Shown: piece after piece, positions 28,570 to 41,745 of the stretch
How the letters are laid out: each line of letters begins with the position of its first letter
How positions within the stretch are numbered: position 1 is the first letter of the stretch
NCBI RefSeq assembly: GCF_022045235.1
Contig: NW_027266268.1
Span: 39,990,001-40,054,000 of the forward strand
Source of the DNA: Haliotis cracherodii
Taxonomy: Eukaryota
Length of the DNA: 64,000 bases
Direction: 5' to 3'
Program-made: the position numbers and the translations under genes
Notes under the pieces: model-generated
The model's input: the letters and a program-made list of their open reading frames with translations, nothing else
The model's database searches: none
What the model was told of the DNA's origin: nothing

Positions 28570-30047
28570 CTAGGTTTTGATATTTAAGATCCATTCCAGT
28601 TTCAAGTTTCCAGTTTCCAACAGTTTCCAGTTCCAGTTCCAGTTCCAGTTCCAGTTTTTGTTTTTGCCAACGGCCATTTTCAGGGCCACCCGACTCTCAC
28701 AAAAGACCACTTTGATCATTGCAAACCCTACAACCCCAAAAGACCCCCATATCATCCCCGCCACACCGTGCATGCATTTTGACGTGAGTGATACCACGTT
28801 TGCATGGATACACAAGTAAAACACCACGTATGTATATAAAAGACAACCTATGTTTGTAGACACGAGTGACACCACGTTTGCATGGATACACCAGTAAAAC
28901 ACCACGTATGTCTATAATCGCGTCACCATATCTCCCCGAAAAAACGTGATCGGAAAGGCAACCAATCAGAAGTTAGAACAGCGGATTGTGATTTCTCTCC
29001 AATGGAACATGACTTTTCGTATGAAAAAAGAAACACAAGAGTCAAACCGGTTTGGAAAACGTACTGAGACCAGCACTGAAATGGACCAATCGGCGCGCTT
29101 CGTTTTGGACCAATCAGCATGATGAGGGTTGGAGGAAAGACTCGTAGTAAGAGTGGCCCGACTACATCCCTGTCAACAGCAGACCCCCAAGTCTGTTCAT
29201 CAGAGCACCCCAGCTACATCCATAGGAAGGAGGAAAGGCTCCCCGTCAACAGCGGATCCCAAAGGCTGCTCGTCAGGGCACCCCGACACCATCCACGGAG
29301 AAGGAATGGTTCCCCGTCAACAGCGACCCACCAAGGCTGCTCGTCAGAGCACCCCAGTTACATCCCCCAGAGGAGGAAAGGCTACAGAAGGTGTGTGTTA
29401 AGATACATATTGTGTAATCAGGGACGATGGTGTCACCATCGGAGGAGTCGGTGACTCATGCACCATTAGAGTGGATCGAATCATTGACTCGTGCTGCCAA
29501 CGATCGCGAGTTCAAGCCAAAGCCAGAACACCACAAGACGCTATGCTATAACTGTAACTACTTTGGTGGTTGGCAGGTCCATCGGCCAAAGTAGCTAGGA
29601 TGAAGTTTCCGTTCCTGTTTCCGTTCCCGTTCCATTGTTGGTGTTTTTTCTTCTCCAAACGGCCCTTTTCAGGGCCACACAACTCTCCCGTAAGTAAACT
29701 TTCGTCATTGCTTTGCCAACAAAGAAAAATAGTACCTTCCTCCTCCTCCTCCTCCCTCCTCCTCCCTCCTACTCCTCTTCCTCTTCCTCGTCCCTCCTGA
29801 TGCCCATGATAGCCTTACTTGCTCCTTGGAGGATTTTAAGTGCGCTTCTTTTAGAGAAGTGGAGTATTTTGCGTGCGCTTCTCCTCGCACGCCTCCCGGA
29901 AACGGACATGCCGCCATCTTGGAGGCATGCGCAGGTTTCCCCAGCATTACCAAGCATGCCCCTCTTTGCGCATCCAAGATGAGGGCACTTCCGGTAGGGG
30001 AGATAACTCCTGCTGGTTTACGGGTTAGGGTACTGTCCTTAACTACT
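28570..30047 (-). mobile_element. One-ended Maverick/Polinton-related remnant (family 2), left arm
   Basis: Ends in ACTACT at 30042-30047 inside a family C repeat. Shares internal minisatellite, CCAAT module and subterminal module with the 43553-50494 element. Confidence 0.7.
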
Positions 30048-31129
30048 GCCGTCGGTCTGTAAATAATCGAGTTTGGACCAGACAATCCAGTGATTGACAT
30101 CATGACCCTCGATCCACGCAATTGGGATACGATGACATCCTGTTAGTCACCTCTTACGGCAAGCGTAGTAGCCTTTGATGGCTACCTATCTACCCAGGAT
30201 CTTCACTGGTCGCTATAATGGAAATTTTATGAAATGAGGCAATAGTTCTGGTATCTTATGAGCGAACGCTGGTAAGATATCAGAACAATTTACGAGTTGT
30301 TGTGTTCCCTTGCTTTCTCACCTCATACCCAAACTCGAATGTTGAGATACTTTTAGTTTCAGAATTACATCAATCTATTATAAGTATTATCACAACGTTC
30401 TTTTCATTCAAAGAAGTCGGAAGAATGGTAAGACTGAAATAGCATTGAGACTCACTTTTACGCATTTTAAATTGTCGGGGCATTGAAACCTGTAAGACAA
30501 ACCAAGTTTGCTCACCTGAATACCTGTCTTCATAACCAAAACATCTTTTACATATGGAACAAATAAAGTAAATAAACAGATACATCACCACACCGATAGT
30601 ATCTAAGACATCACTGTCCCTGAAATTCTGTAGTGCAGCTCTTTAATGTTATTTTTGTATCTCTAGTGGATATTTCGCGATTAAGACATGCGGTAAAGGT
30701 GGAACCAATTGTGGTCTCAACACATTTTTACTGAACATCCAGCTTGTTGAAGAAGCATTTTATTTTTTCAAACCTGTCAATGCCCCTGAATATTTCAGTC
30801 GGTCATACATTTTTCATAGCTATGTTGCCCTTTACGTCAAATAAAATCTGTGTATAGAAGGTGTCTTATATAGACTGGTTCTCTTGCATTTCTAACTAAT
30901 ATATCAGAACATCCAGCGTGTAGTTATATGTTTTCAAACATGTCAAAGTACCTTAACATATTAGTCCCTTCTGCATTGTACCTGATATTGATCCACACAT
31001 GGATGTGGGATTCGTAACCAGAGTCAAGCAATGTCAGCACCATGACCAAGGTCTAACAGGTCTAAATAACATTAGTGTTTGAAATTGGTGCATTTCGGCC
31101 TGTTAACAAAGTGAATCGTTGTGTTACAG

Positions 31130-31713
31130 GGTCAGAGTCTCCAGTGTACAATAAATCAGAACACAAGAATGTCAACCTCCATATTGCCACCATCTTGGGT
31201 GATCTGGCCTCAGTTCGACGCTTCTTGTCTGAGGATGGGGCGGACATTTCCAGCGGTTTCAGAAGGGGGTGGAATCGCAAATTATATGCAGTCCAGAAAA
31301 AAAATTGTTATATTGTCAATCATGGTTTTGAATTTTTGGAGTTTACTATCCTTCACTGGGCCTGTTACAGAGGATTTGTGAGGATCGCGAAGTATATCCT
31401 CTCTCAGGACAAAGTGGACATCAACAGTAGAGATAGGCGGGGGCAAACACCTGTGATGGTTGCAGCAAAGAAAGGACAAAGGGATGTGTTGAAATTAGTT
31501 GTTAGTAAAGGAGCAGATGTGTCACTTGTTGATAAGCGCGGAAACAACATCCTTCATGGCGCCTGTAGAGGAGGAGATGTGGAGACTGTGAAGTATATCC
31601 TTTCACGAGTCATGGAAGACCTTAATGTCAGAGACAGATATGGGCAGACTCCAGCTGATATTGCTAAATGGCATAAAAAGACGGAAATATTTAAGCTTCT
31701 CCAAGCAATGTAA
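31130..31713 (+). CDS. Ankyrin-repeat protein, probable terminal exon (about 4 ANK repeats), open frame
   Basis: TILHWACYRG, GQTPVMVAAKKG, GNNILHGACRGG, GQTPADIA; acceptor GTTACAG at 31129; upstream exons not identified. Confidence 0.88.
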
Positions 31714-31719
31714 ACATTT

Positions 31720-31900
31720 CCTCTCCATGTACTGTTGTGTGTCCATCAGTAGAATCAGTTCCATGTACTGTTAGCGTGCGTGCCGATCGGTAAAGCAGTT
31801 CAATGTACTGTTAGCATGTGTACCGATCAGTAGAATCATTTCCATGTACCAGTGGTCATGCGGCGTTACCGACATGTTTGTTTGCCGATCAGTAGAATTC
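31720..31900. repeat. About 40-bp minisatellite between the ankyrin exon and cassette
   Basis: Unit TCCATGTACTGTTAGCGTGTGTACCGATCAGTAGAATCAGT; same family as 42295-43256 and 51300-51585. Confidence 0.85.
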
Positions 31901-32250
31901 AGAGGATTTGTGAGGATCGCGAAGTGAATCCTCTCTCAGGACAAAATGGACATCATCAGTAGAGATAGGCTGGGGCAGACACCTGTGATGGTTGCAGCAA
32001 TGAAAGGACAAAGGGATGTGTTGAAATTAATTGTTAGTAAAGGAGCAGATGTGTCACTTGTTCATAACCACGGAAACAACATCCTTCACGCTGCCTGTAA
32101 AGGTGAGAAGTGGAGACCGTGAAGTATATCCTTTCACACGTCATGGAAGACGTTAATGTCAGAAACAGGTATGGGCAGACTCCAGCTGATGTGGCTGGAT
32201 ATCATGGAAAGATGAAAATCGATATCATAAAGCTTCTTCAAGCAATGTAA
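31901..32250 (+). pseudogene. Partial ankyrin cassette (tandem copy of the last repeats), with stop and frameshift
   Basis: RGFVRIAK*ILSQDK..GQTPVMVAAMKG..GNNILHAACKG, then a frameshift. Confidence 0.88.
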
Positions 32251-33625
32251 ACATTTCCTCTCTGATTTGGATTGTTATTTCTAATATCTACTATCAAGAT
32301 AAGGATGAGCATTCTGTTATGTGACAAAATCATGTAATTCATTAATACATAGGTATCCCAACATTTTAGGAATGTATATATGTGTTTATATAATGGAACA
32401 CTTTTGTTCGAAATGGTTCATGAAAATGTAACCAAGTATAATTTATTCTCTAAATAATGGCTGGGAATAATCCTGTAAAACTGCAAATGTAACAATTGCT
32501 GAATTGATATACAATAAAAGATGTGAATACATAGCGTCATGAAACTGGATTTATAAGTTATTCTCCTCAGGCGGCGGACCCTGTCCTTGTTTGAACACAA
32601 GTTTGTCTGACTTGGAACTGTTCAGCTACAACATGTACACGAAGAAAAATTATAAAAATAAAATATTATAAGTTATAAAACATTAATACATTCCTGATTA
32701 CAAGACCTGTAAAGAGCTGGGGTAGAATAGCTCTTCAGCAACCCATGCTTGCCGTAAAAGGCGACTGACGGGATCAGATGGTCAGGCTCGATGACTTGGT
32801 TGATACATGTCATCGATCCCAATTGCATAGGTGACCTGTGCAGGGCGTTGTGGGCCATGCGTGCGCATCCAAGATGACGACACTTCCGGTACCGGTGGCG
32901 TATACGACTCCAAGATGGCGACACGTCCTGTTCCGAGGGGCGATCTCCCCATCCAAGATGGCAGCACGGCACCTCAAAGATGGTGGGAGGAGAGGGGACG
33001 GGAAGGGTGGGGAAGGCGGTAAGGCGGTAGGGCGGAGGTATTTTGGGGTGGGGTGGGGGTTTAGTGGGTGGGTGGTGAAGAGGGTAGTAAAAGCAATGGA
33101 TAAAAGCGTTCTTTCGGGAGAGCTGGGTGGCCCTGAAAGGGGCCGTTTGATTCTGAAGAAGAAGAAGAAAACGTATGTGGCGCTGTCCGAGAAGCAACAT
33201 CAAAAAATGTTTGTTGGAAACAGGAAAGGAAACAGACTGAATCATCCATAACACCAGCAGCAACAGCAACAGCAGCAGCAGACGGGAAAACGGAAGTGAC
33301 AGAAAACCCCGGAGATGAAACCTGCAACACCTGTTACTTTGGACTCAGTGTTAGCTTCATTTACCTCTTCACCCACATTACTGCAGTGCTACACTTGCAG
33401 GGATGAATCGTTATCTTTCGTCTCACAGGACACTTGCTTGTGTGGCATAATCGCTTCATGTACGTGTCCTTCAGGACGGTGTTGCAATACAGGCACTGGA
33501 ATGTTCCATCACTTTCCTTCGTCCCAAGAGCATACACAGGCAGACAGCCTTGACACCTATCACATTGCCATGGAGGAGACGATAAATCAAAGAGAGCAGG
33601 CGTTCATCAGGCACTCATCGCCATC

Positions 33626-36600
33626 ATGACGAGCAAACAGAGTACACCGTACCGTTTGGAGAGGAAAGACACAACTCGTTCCAGGCGGTTAAGAACCGCT
33701 AACCATACTTATCCTTTGACATTCAACCCGGACTACTTGGAAACCCAACCACGGGACAACGTTCACATAGAACTACCCCTTTTAATTGACAGAGTGATCG
33801 ATAACTTCTATCAACAGATGTCCTGCCAGAAAGGGGATCATATTGGTCTAGGTATCGACCACTCCACTTTGAACATTCCCATACGGATTCCCTTTCATCG
33901 CTTTGAATATCGCCAGGGCCTAGATATCTTACATGCCGTGGAAAAAGTCCAGCAGTCCAACAAAGCCCTTAACATCGATGCCACCATGGTTGTGACTTTA
34001 GTACACGTAACAGATCCCGACAGGGTAGGATCAGGTGGCAATCAACTAAAAAACATGGTTGGATTTGAAGCATTTTTAAAATGCAAAAAGGTCATTATAC
34101 ATCAATCCTGATTGGTCAGGGCCTTATGGTGGCACATCATTATGCCCAGAAGCCCAACCCTCTGACCCAAGAATGGGAAAGCCAGAGAAAGAGACTGACG
34201 AGAACAGATCAAGTCGACGTTTAAGGCATACAGGCACATGACTTGTTTTGGCGCCTTGGCATTCCTGAAGGCCCCTGTCGGGGCCTGGACGACCTAGCGC
34301 ACGTGGGACGTGCCTTGATCCAAATCAACTATCAACTGAAAGTCTACAGTCAAGAGGTGGATCGGAGACTGATGTACAAGTGTGATGAGGCTCCACCCAA
34401 CGCCACCGTGCTGCATTTATTCCATCATGATCACCACTATGATGTGATCACTTCCATGCCAGCCTTTTATGCGTCTAACCATTACTGCGAACTCAGCGAC
34501 CAACGTTATGATCATCCCGAACTCCATCCCTGCACCATGCAATACCGCTACCACCGCTGCCTCCACTCCAGCTATTGCGCGCCCAAGGAAGAGCACAAGA
34601 TCCCTTGCTTGACATGTCAACGCTGGTTCCCAAATCAACACTGTTACACTCAACATCTCCAGTCACCATCAGAGGAAAAAACCCTGCGCCTGTCAATCGA
34701 TTTGCAGGTGCCCGACCTGTTTACAGCTTGTCCGTGTCTTGGAGACCCCCATGGCTCATCAGGAGTGCTCAGATGAAAGACATCCCTGCTTAGTGTGTTG
34801 AGAACCCATATCCCCAGACCATCGCTGTGTACGATGCATCGGTCAAGCGACAAAAGAGTTGTGCGAATACTGTCCATGGAGACAAGAAGGTTGCGGTCCC
34901 AGCCACGAGATAGTGTTTCGAGGTCTCAACACTCTACATGATGTGTGTGTCTGGTTGACGGCCTTGGCCGAAAAACCCAAGAAGAAGAAGAACCAAGAGG
35001 AGGAGGAGGAGGAGGGTGCATGCAAGGGGACAACGGCACGCCTAGGCAAAAAAAACCCCAACAGGATGGAACCCTCTCAAGCCATCCTACGACAAAACGT
35101 CAGCAACGTCCATCACACCAGGAGGAGGAGGAGGGGGATGCCATGGAGGTGGACGTGCCTACCCTGTTGGAGGAGGAGAAGGACACGAAAAAGACGAAGA
35201 AGAACACCACCGTCCAATCGCCCGAGAAGGAGGAGCTCATTCATGTGATGGCACATAAGGTGCGAGCTTATGACCTGCACTTGATCATGAAGGGCCTGTA
35301 CTCACATCTGGTGAAACTCCCCACCAAGATTTGGAATGGACTACCGATTTTACATGCAACCCTGGAACGATTGTGTTTTGGGGACAGTTTGAACTTCATA
35401 CCCTACCCGCTGAAAGCATTTCCAAAGACCTTTGGACTGAATGAACTGAAGAGAGGGTATTTTCCTACTTTTTAATACCAAAGCCAACCAGACCTACAGA
35501 GGTGCCTATCCACCAAACGTCATGTACGATCCCGATGGCATGTCTCCCGTGGAATGCACTGCCTTCCTCCAGTGGCATACCAAGAAAGTTCCAGAAGGAG
35601 TCTGTTTGACTTGCAAGAAAAACTCTTAGCCTAAAAACTATTCACATGCCTGTATGAACTGGTTAAGTTATCTCAGTTATCTGCACCTCCAGCACGCCAG
35701 GAATGGTGGTGAAAAGGAGTTCACGTGCCAAGAGGGTAAACATCATTACATTGTGGATGGCTACGATCCAGCGACAGGCACCATCTATGAATTACTGGGG
35801 TGTTTCTGGCATGGGTGTCAGAAATGTCACAAGACTGAACGTGGAAAACCTCATCCCGTCTTAGGCACGTCGATGGGAGCATGTTATACCGACACCCGCT
35901 ATCGCCTAAGTCTCTTGAACCAACACCATGATGTGAAATGTGTCGTGACCCTGTGGGAATGTCAGATAAAAAAATGCAACAGAAGGACTCCGCTTTGCGT
36001 GCTTTCTTGCAGGGACCCCACTGTTTCAACTTACCTAGTCTGCTAAACCCTCGTGACACCTTCTATTGAGGACAAACTAATGCCACTTGATTATGCTACA
36101 AAGCCCAAGAAGGTGAAACAATCAAGTAAATCGATATCTGTTCGCTTTATCTCTACATTTGCAAGACAGGTGCGTTTCCCACGGGACACCCGACACTTCT
36201 CCATCCTTCTCCGTCTGCGGGTACGTTTTTTGATCCGAAAGGACTTATCCAATCTCGTGTCCTACCCCCGAAACGACTCTCCGATACTGCCCTACAGATC
36301 AGGTGGAAAACTTCTCTGTCCTTTGTGCCTCACGTGTGCCAGTAGCCGGTCAGACCCACCCTGCGAGCACACGGACGAAGAGAGGTCTTGGGTGGGTACG
36401 TAGGCCACCGTAGAACTCCATGAAGCTGTGAAGAAGTATGGCTACAAAGTGCTTCAGATCTTCAACGTTTGGCATTTCGACACCTTTCCAAAGCATGACC
36501 CCGAGACCCAGCAAGAAGGAATCTTTGAACCCTATATCGACCGTAATTTCAAGGAGAAGCTCAAAGCCAGCAGATACCCCAAGGGATGTACAGATCACGG

Positions 36601-37545
36601 TGCTTACCTCCGGGAAATCTATGACAAAGAATGCAATTAGTTGGACAAGGACTGCATTGCCAAGAACCCAGGACGCCGCGCTTTTGCCAATCTCTTTCTT
36701 AATTCACTCTGGGGCAGGTTCGGACAGCGGTTAAACTATAGTCAGACCGTCTATATGAACGACCCTGCGCAGTACTTTGCCTTGTTGAGAGATGAGTCAG
36801 TGAATGAGTGAGTAGGGTGTAATGCCGCTTTTATCAGTATTTTAGTTATATTGCAGCCTGTCAGCTTAATGTCGGAGGAAAGACCGAAGTGATGCAGGTT
36901 TCAGACGTTTACCACTTCGGTGAAACCACCGAGCACGAATATGGTGCTGACCTAGAAACATAATCGGGGCGAACTGGGATTCGAACCCAACATAGGTTTC
37001 TGGCGTGCCCAAGGGATGCAACTCTGCACAGCGTATCGCAGCGCCTTAGACGACTGGGCCACCCGTGTCCCCTGTTGAGAGATGAACGAAATACCATCAA
37101 TGATATCACCGTCGTCAACGAACACATGGTGGAAGTGACCTACATCCGCAAGTGAGAATTCCAAACCACTCATTCTCATTTCAACGTCGCCGTAGCTGCT
37201 TGGGTCACCCACAAGCGCGCCTGGTGGATTGCAGGGCCATGTACTTCGACACCGTCAGCGTCATTTACATACATCGACCCCACGAAACGAATCCAGAGCT
37301 AGCCATTCATTGGGTGAGTTTACAGACGAACTGGACGGAAACACCAACAAGACGTTTGTGTCAGGAGATCCCCAAAACTATGTCTATGAGGTAATGAACC
37401 CCAGACCCGATGGAACGTGCACGACCTGCAAAGTGCAAAGGTTCACCTTGAATTACAGAAACCAACAACACCTCAACTTTGACACCATGGAAGGACTGAT
37501 ACTGGAACAACAGTCTGGGAAGGATGGGGAGAAAATCAGCTTGGA
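33626..37545 (+). pseudogene. Protein-primed family B DNA polymerase (Maverick/Polinton pPolB) pseudogene
   Basis: N-terminal VEKVQQSN region; Cys/His fingers; MAH..YD and DSLNFIPYPLKAFPKTFGL..KRGYFP; DGY..IYELLGCFWHGC; DICSLY; LNSLWGRFGQ; YFDT..LGEFTDEL; CKV..FTLN. Many frameshifts. Confidence 0.93.
36796..37072 (-). mobile_element. SINE family B inserted in pPolB, 13-bp TSD TGTTGAGAGATGA
   Basis: TSD at 36783-36795 and 37073-37085; same insertion site as 47348-47567. Confidence 0.9.
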
Positions 37546-39040
37546 GGCGGATGAAGTGATGTGCGACATGATACGTTCGAAGATGAGGAAACTGACTGAA
37601 CCCAAGAAAATAGAACCGAAGAAGAAGATAAAGAAGACCCAGAAGAAAATAACAAGCAAACCAGCAACAACAGCAGCAACCACAGCGGCAGCATACACAA
37701 CCATAACAGCACCAACCACAACAACAACAGCAGAAGACAGCGAAATGGAAGGGACAAACTTTTTCAAACCTGAAACACCTGAAAAAGGCGACCCAGGAAG
37801 AAGTTGTCTCTGAAGATTCCTCATCAAGAACAACTGTAAGTACCATGCTATTCTTTGGGATGTGTATAACGAATGCATGACGATGATCGTGGGAATACTT
37901 AAGGGTTCTTTTCTTGTTGGATTGACAGGACACTCATCCTTCCTTCCCTCAATGTCAGTTCAGCGCAGACCCTGTTGGAACAGTGGTGGGAACAAACCCC
38001 TCGGGAGCCAACCTTTTCACCTAATGTGCCTGTGATGATGACGATGATGACCATGAAGCGCTCAAACAGGCAGCCCTCCTTTCCATGGATCTCGACACAC
38101 CCTCCTTGCTTGATGCTTCTTGGTCACCATCATCACTGGATGATGTCTTTTCCTCAGGTTTGCCAATGGTCTGTGAAGACGAAAACGAGAACGATCCTTA
38201 TGGAGAAACTGTACCTGTTTTATTGATGGGCCCGTAACATGGTTGGGACCTGTTTGGGACAGTATGATGGAGGACCACATCTTATGGTGACCTCATCTTC
38301 ACTCGAAGAGCTTGAAGATTGAAGATGAAAGGTTTTCACGTTGTTGAAGGGACATGCAAAGCACTCCCTCCTCATTATTAAACAGTGATTGATTGAACTG
38401 ACTCTTTGTGTCTTGATTGATCTCAACTCCAATAGGGTGCACTTACAGTGGCCTGTAAACATATTCCTTTCAGTGAGTATAGACTCACTGCATATAAATA
38501 CTTCACTTACACTGCTGTGATAAGGTTATTTATCTCACACGGTGTATGACTAACTCCTCTTCGGTGATCGTCTAAACTGTAGGTTTGTAGATCTCTGTAC
38601 GAAAAGATAAATCTTACGTCTTTTGTGTTTTACCGTTTTGAAATCGCAGAAGACATTGTGAAAGTTCCTTTTATTTATAATCTCCAAGATGACTGTTCTG
38701 TTGTGAACACATGTTAAACATACGACTAGACACATAAGATGGTATTTTGTAACATTTATTGACCACAACATTGTGAAATTATGAACATACTTATTGTAAC
38801 TTTAATGAAACATCACGCTGCGGAAAAGGCACATGACTTTATGAATCACATTTAGTGACAGACAAACAACTGCATATAATTGAATTGTGAACATTATTTT
38901 GTGTAGTCTCCTTATGACGGAATGCCGTCCCCCGCTTCATCCAACGTGGAGTTGAATTTGCAGAAAATGAACACCATGTAAAACCACTAGGGCATACAAA
39001 AAAATGTTACTGAAAACAGCAATGTGACAATTACCTATCT

Positions 39041-39289
39041 ATGGTGATGACACTGCTTGCTGATGACACTACAATAATCAGCGCCACACCTGCAGGTCTA
39101 CAGGTGGCTCTGAACACTGTTATACAGTATGCTTATGACTGGAGATTAACTTACAATGCTACTAAAAGCCAAGCTGTTATATTCAGAAGATTGAATTCTC
39201 AACATAATCCCTTCAAATTTCAACTAGGTAGTGTTCCTATTAAAACATCAGATTGTATAACATATGGGGAAGTCATTCTAAACACTTAA
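39041..39289 (+). mobile_element. LINE reverse transcriptase fragment
   Basis: LLADDTTII..LQVALN..WRLTYNATKS. Confidence 0.75.
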
Positions 39290-39324
39290 TTGACATGTAA
39301 AAATATGATAGCGCGATGTTGTCA

Positions 39325-40160
39325 GAAGGCAAAGTATGTTGTGGCTTGGGTTGTCACGGATGTGGTCTGATAGAGCTGATTTTGAGTCATCTTTGGAGAC
39401 TGAGCTTTGATGTTCTTTAATTCGGGTTTTGAGGGGCCTGGATGTTTTTCCTATGTAAGCTTGTCCACAATTGCACGGAATGTGGTACACTGCTCCTGAT
39501 GGTTCTGGCTTGTGGCTGGATGGTGGTTTCCCTGTGGAACAGTTAGCCACAAAATCCAGAGACTCTTAAAGAAACAGGCCAATATTGATGTAGTCTTCAA
39601 AAGAAGTCAGACTATTCAGAACTCTATTAAAGCCACAGGGAAACCACCATCCAAAGAACATCAAAGCTCAGTCTCCAAAGATGACCACAACATCCAGTGG
39701 GAGAGAGTCACAACCCTCGCCACCAACCTCAAAGACTTCAAGATCAGGAAACTACAAGAAGCCATCAACATCAAAATACTTCAGCCCTTAATCAACCGTG
39801 ACCAAGGCTATTACATACCCCTGGCGTACCATCAACTCATCAAAGACCTCAATCAGCCATAATCCCGTTGTTTACATTACTGGCTTCATCCTTTGTATCA
39901 TGGCACTGACTTCACCCATGGTCATCATCACTGCCCTTGTGTGTACACAGCAGGCTTCGCTACTCCAGTATATCTACCCTACTGTATAAACATTGCCTCC
40001 TACGTGTATATATACTTGCTTACTGCACTCTGTAAATCACTTGCTTGATAACGGTGTTAGAACCTATACCGAAACGTCGCTCTTAATTGTAATAAAGAAG
40101 TTGTTCATCCATAAATTCTTATCCTTACTTAGTACTCCAACTTCTAAATGCCTATCAAAG
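39325..40160 (+). mobile_element. Penelope-like element 3' end with inverted GIY-YIG segment
   Basis: Minus strand GAVYHIPCNCGQAYIGKTSRPLKTRIKEH; plus strand RKLQEAINIK..LINRDQG; hammerhead-like motif and AATAAA downstream. Confidence 0.85.
40043..40080 (+). ncRNA. Minimal hammerhead-ribozyme-like motif in the Penelope terminal repeat
   Basis: CTTGATAA, stem CGGTGT/ATACCG, GAAAC, GTC; non-canonical core. Confidence 0.5.
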
Positions 40161-40255
40161 AAGAATCTGTTGTATGCAAATAGTGCTCGCTTGTGTACAT
40201 AGTAAATAACGAAAATATATGCGTGTGTGTATGTGTGTGTGTATATATATATATA

Positions 40256-41745
40256 CTAGCCACATAAAGAAATTATGCACGGAGAAAATATAGATATAAG
40301 GGCACACCGTCCACATATGAAATATAGGTTTGAACACAGCAATTATTGGAGACATTCAAACGCTCATGCACGTGCCATGCGATATGACGTCATTGATGTG
40401 GGCCTTTGGACGTGCAATGTGTTACTGCACTTGCATTCTGTGCAGCTGTACACAGCATGTGCAACTCAAAATTCGCTGTCACTTTGGAAAGCATTCAAAA
40501 ATTCAAATTCAAAGGCGCAGACACAAGGATATCACAAGCAAATCATGCAAAGATTGACAGCTGCACAGCGTCATGAAGCCATTGGAATGATCCGAGCGGG
40601 AATGAGGCAACAACAGGTGGCACCACATTTCCAATGCCATCGTAATACGATATCCGCATTGGTGAGGCGTTATCAGAACACAAATGACGTTGCCGACCAC
40701 CCACGTTCAGGACGTCCCCGAGTCACGACGCCAAGACTGGATTCGAGTTACACATCTCCGACACAGGTTCCAAACGGCGGTAACGACGTCCCAGACAATT
40801 CCTGGACTGCGCCGTATCCATCCCAACACTGTCAGGAATCGTTTACGTCAGTACGGGATTCGACCACGACGCCCTGCCATACGTCCCATCCTGACACACC
40901 GTCATCGCGTCAACCGTCTAACATGGTGTCGAAATCATGTTCGCCAACCTCGAATATGGTGGAGAAATGTTGTCTTTCTGGATGAATCGAGGTTCAACAT
41001 TTCCGACAGTGACGGGCGCCAACGTGTCTACCGGCGTTTGGGAGAACGTTATGCACGCAACTGTATTGTGGAGAGGAACCGTTTTGGAGGTGGCTCTGTG
41101 ATGATTTGGGGTGGGATAACAGCACGGCACCGAACCCCTTTGGTTGTTTTTCAGGGCAATCTCACCGGTGTTGGCTACAGAGATCAGATTCTGAGGCCTG
41201 TGGTCATTCCTTTCCTGCAACGTCATGGCCCGGGATTGACATTTCAACAGGACAACGCTCGTCCTCACACGGCTAGGGTCGCAATGGATTTCCTTCACTA
41301 TAACAATGTCATGTTACTGCCATGGCCTGCAGATTCTCCAGATCTCCCCAATAGAGCATGTGTGGGATGAAATGGAGCGCCGTCTGCGTCGTCTTCCACA
41401 TCCTCCAGCTAACGTCCGTGACTTGGCACAGGATTTGAGGAGGATATGGCAGGCCGTTCCCCAGGCCTTCCATGCCCATTTGGTGGACTCCATGCGTCGC
41501 CAATGCACTGCTGTGATTCACGCACAGGGTGGTCATACCCGTTATTGACTTTGTGACTTTGTCGTTTGACCCCTACTCCATTTTGATCTTCTGACGTCAT
41601 CGTAACAGATGTTGTTCAGGTCCCGTTGACATTTTCTAATGGTCCGATCATTCAGCTGCTACAGCGTCTGCATCATTTTGTTCTTGCTGTGTTGTATTTT
41701 AATCCAGAATATATTTTCTCCGTGCACAGTTTCTTTATGATTTAT
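40256..41745 (+). mobile_element. Near full-length Tc1 (DD34E) transposon; transposase 40545-41548 with two frameshifts
   Basis: TIRs CATAAAGAAATTATGCACGGAGAAAATATA and TATATTTTCTCCGTGCACAGTTTCTTTATG; TA flanks; FLDESRF, QQDNARPH..SPDLxPIE with 34 residues between D and E. Confidence 0.95.

Larger units (their letters stand above)
24222..38423 (+). repeat. Left arm of a large inverted segmental duplication
   Basis: Reverse complement of 63961-64000 matches about 24222-24260. Collinear matches continue to ..GATCTCAACTCCAAT at 38423, which pairs with 46155. Confidence 0.95.
32830..38423 (+). mobile_element. Maverick/Polinton family 1, left-arm copy (terminus replaced by a family C repeat, distal part truncated)
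   Basis: TIR interior 32830-32980 matches 43637-43746 and the 50289-50400 end; same flank as the right copy; contains pPolB. Confidence 0.88.

Noticed and set aside
31130-32250. Ankyrin genes as Maverick cargo
   Set aside because: They lie outside both elements: beyond the family 1 TSD (50495-50500) and beyond the family 2 terminus (30047/53265).
37361-37933. Hydrophobic or Cys-rich membrane-like ORFs (also 46697-47046)
   Set aside because: Antisense readings of the ACA/GCA/AAG low-complexity tract of the Lys/Thr/Ala ORF.
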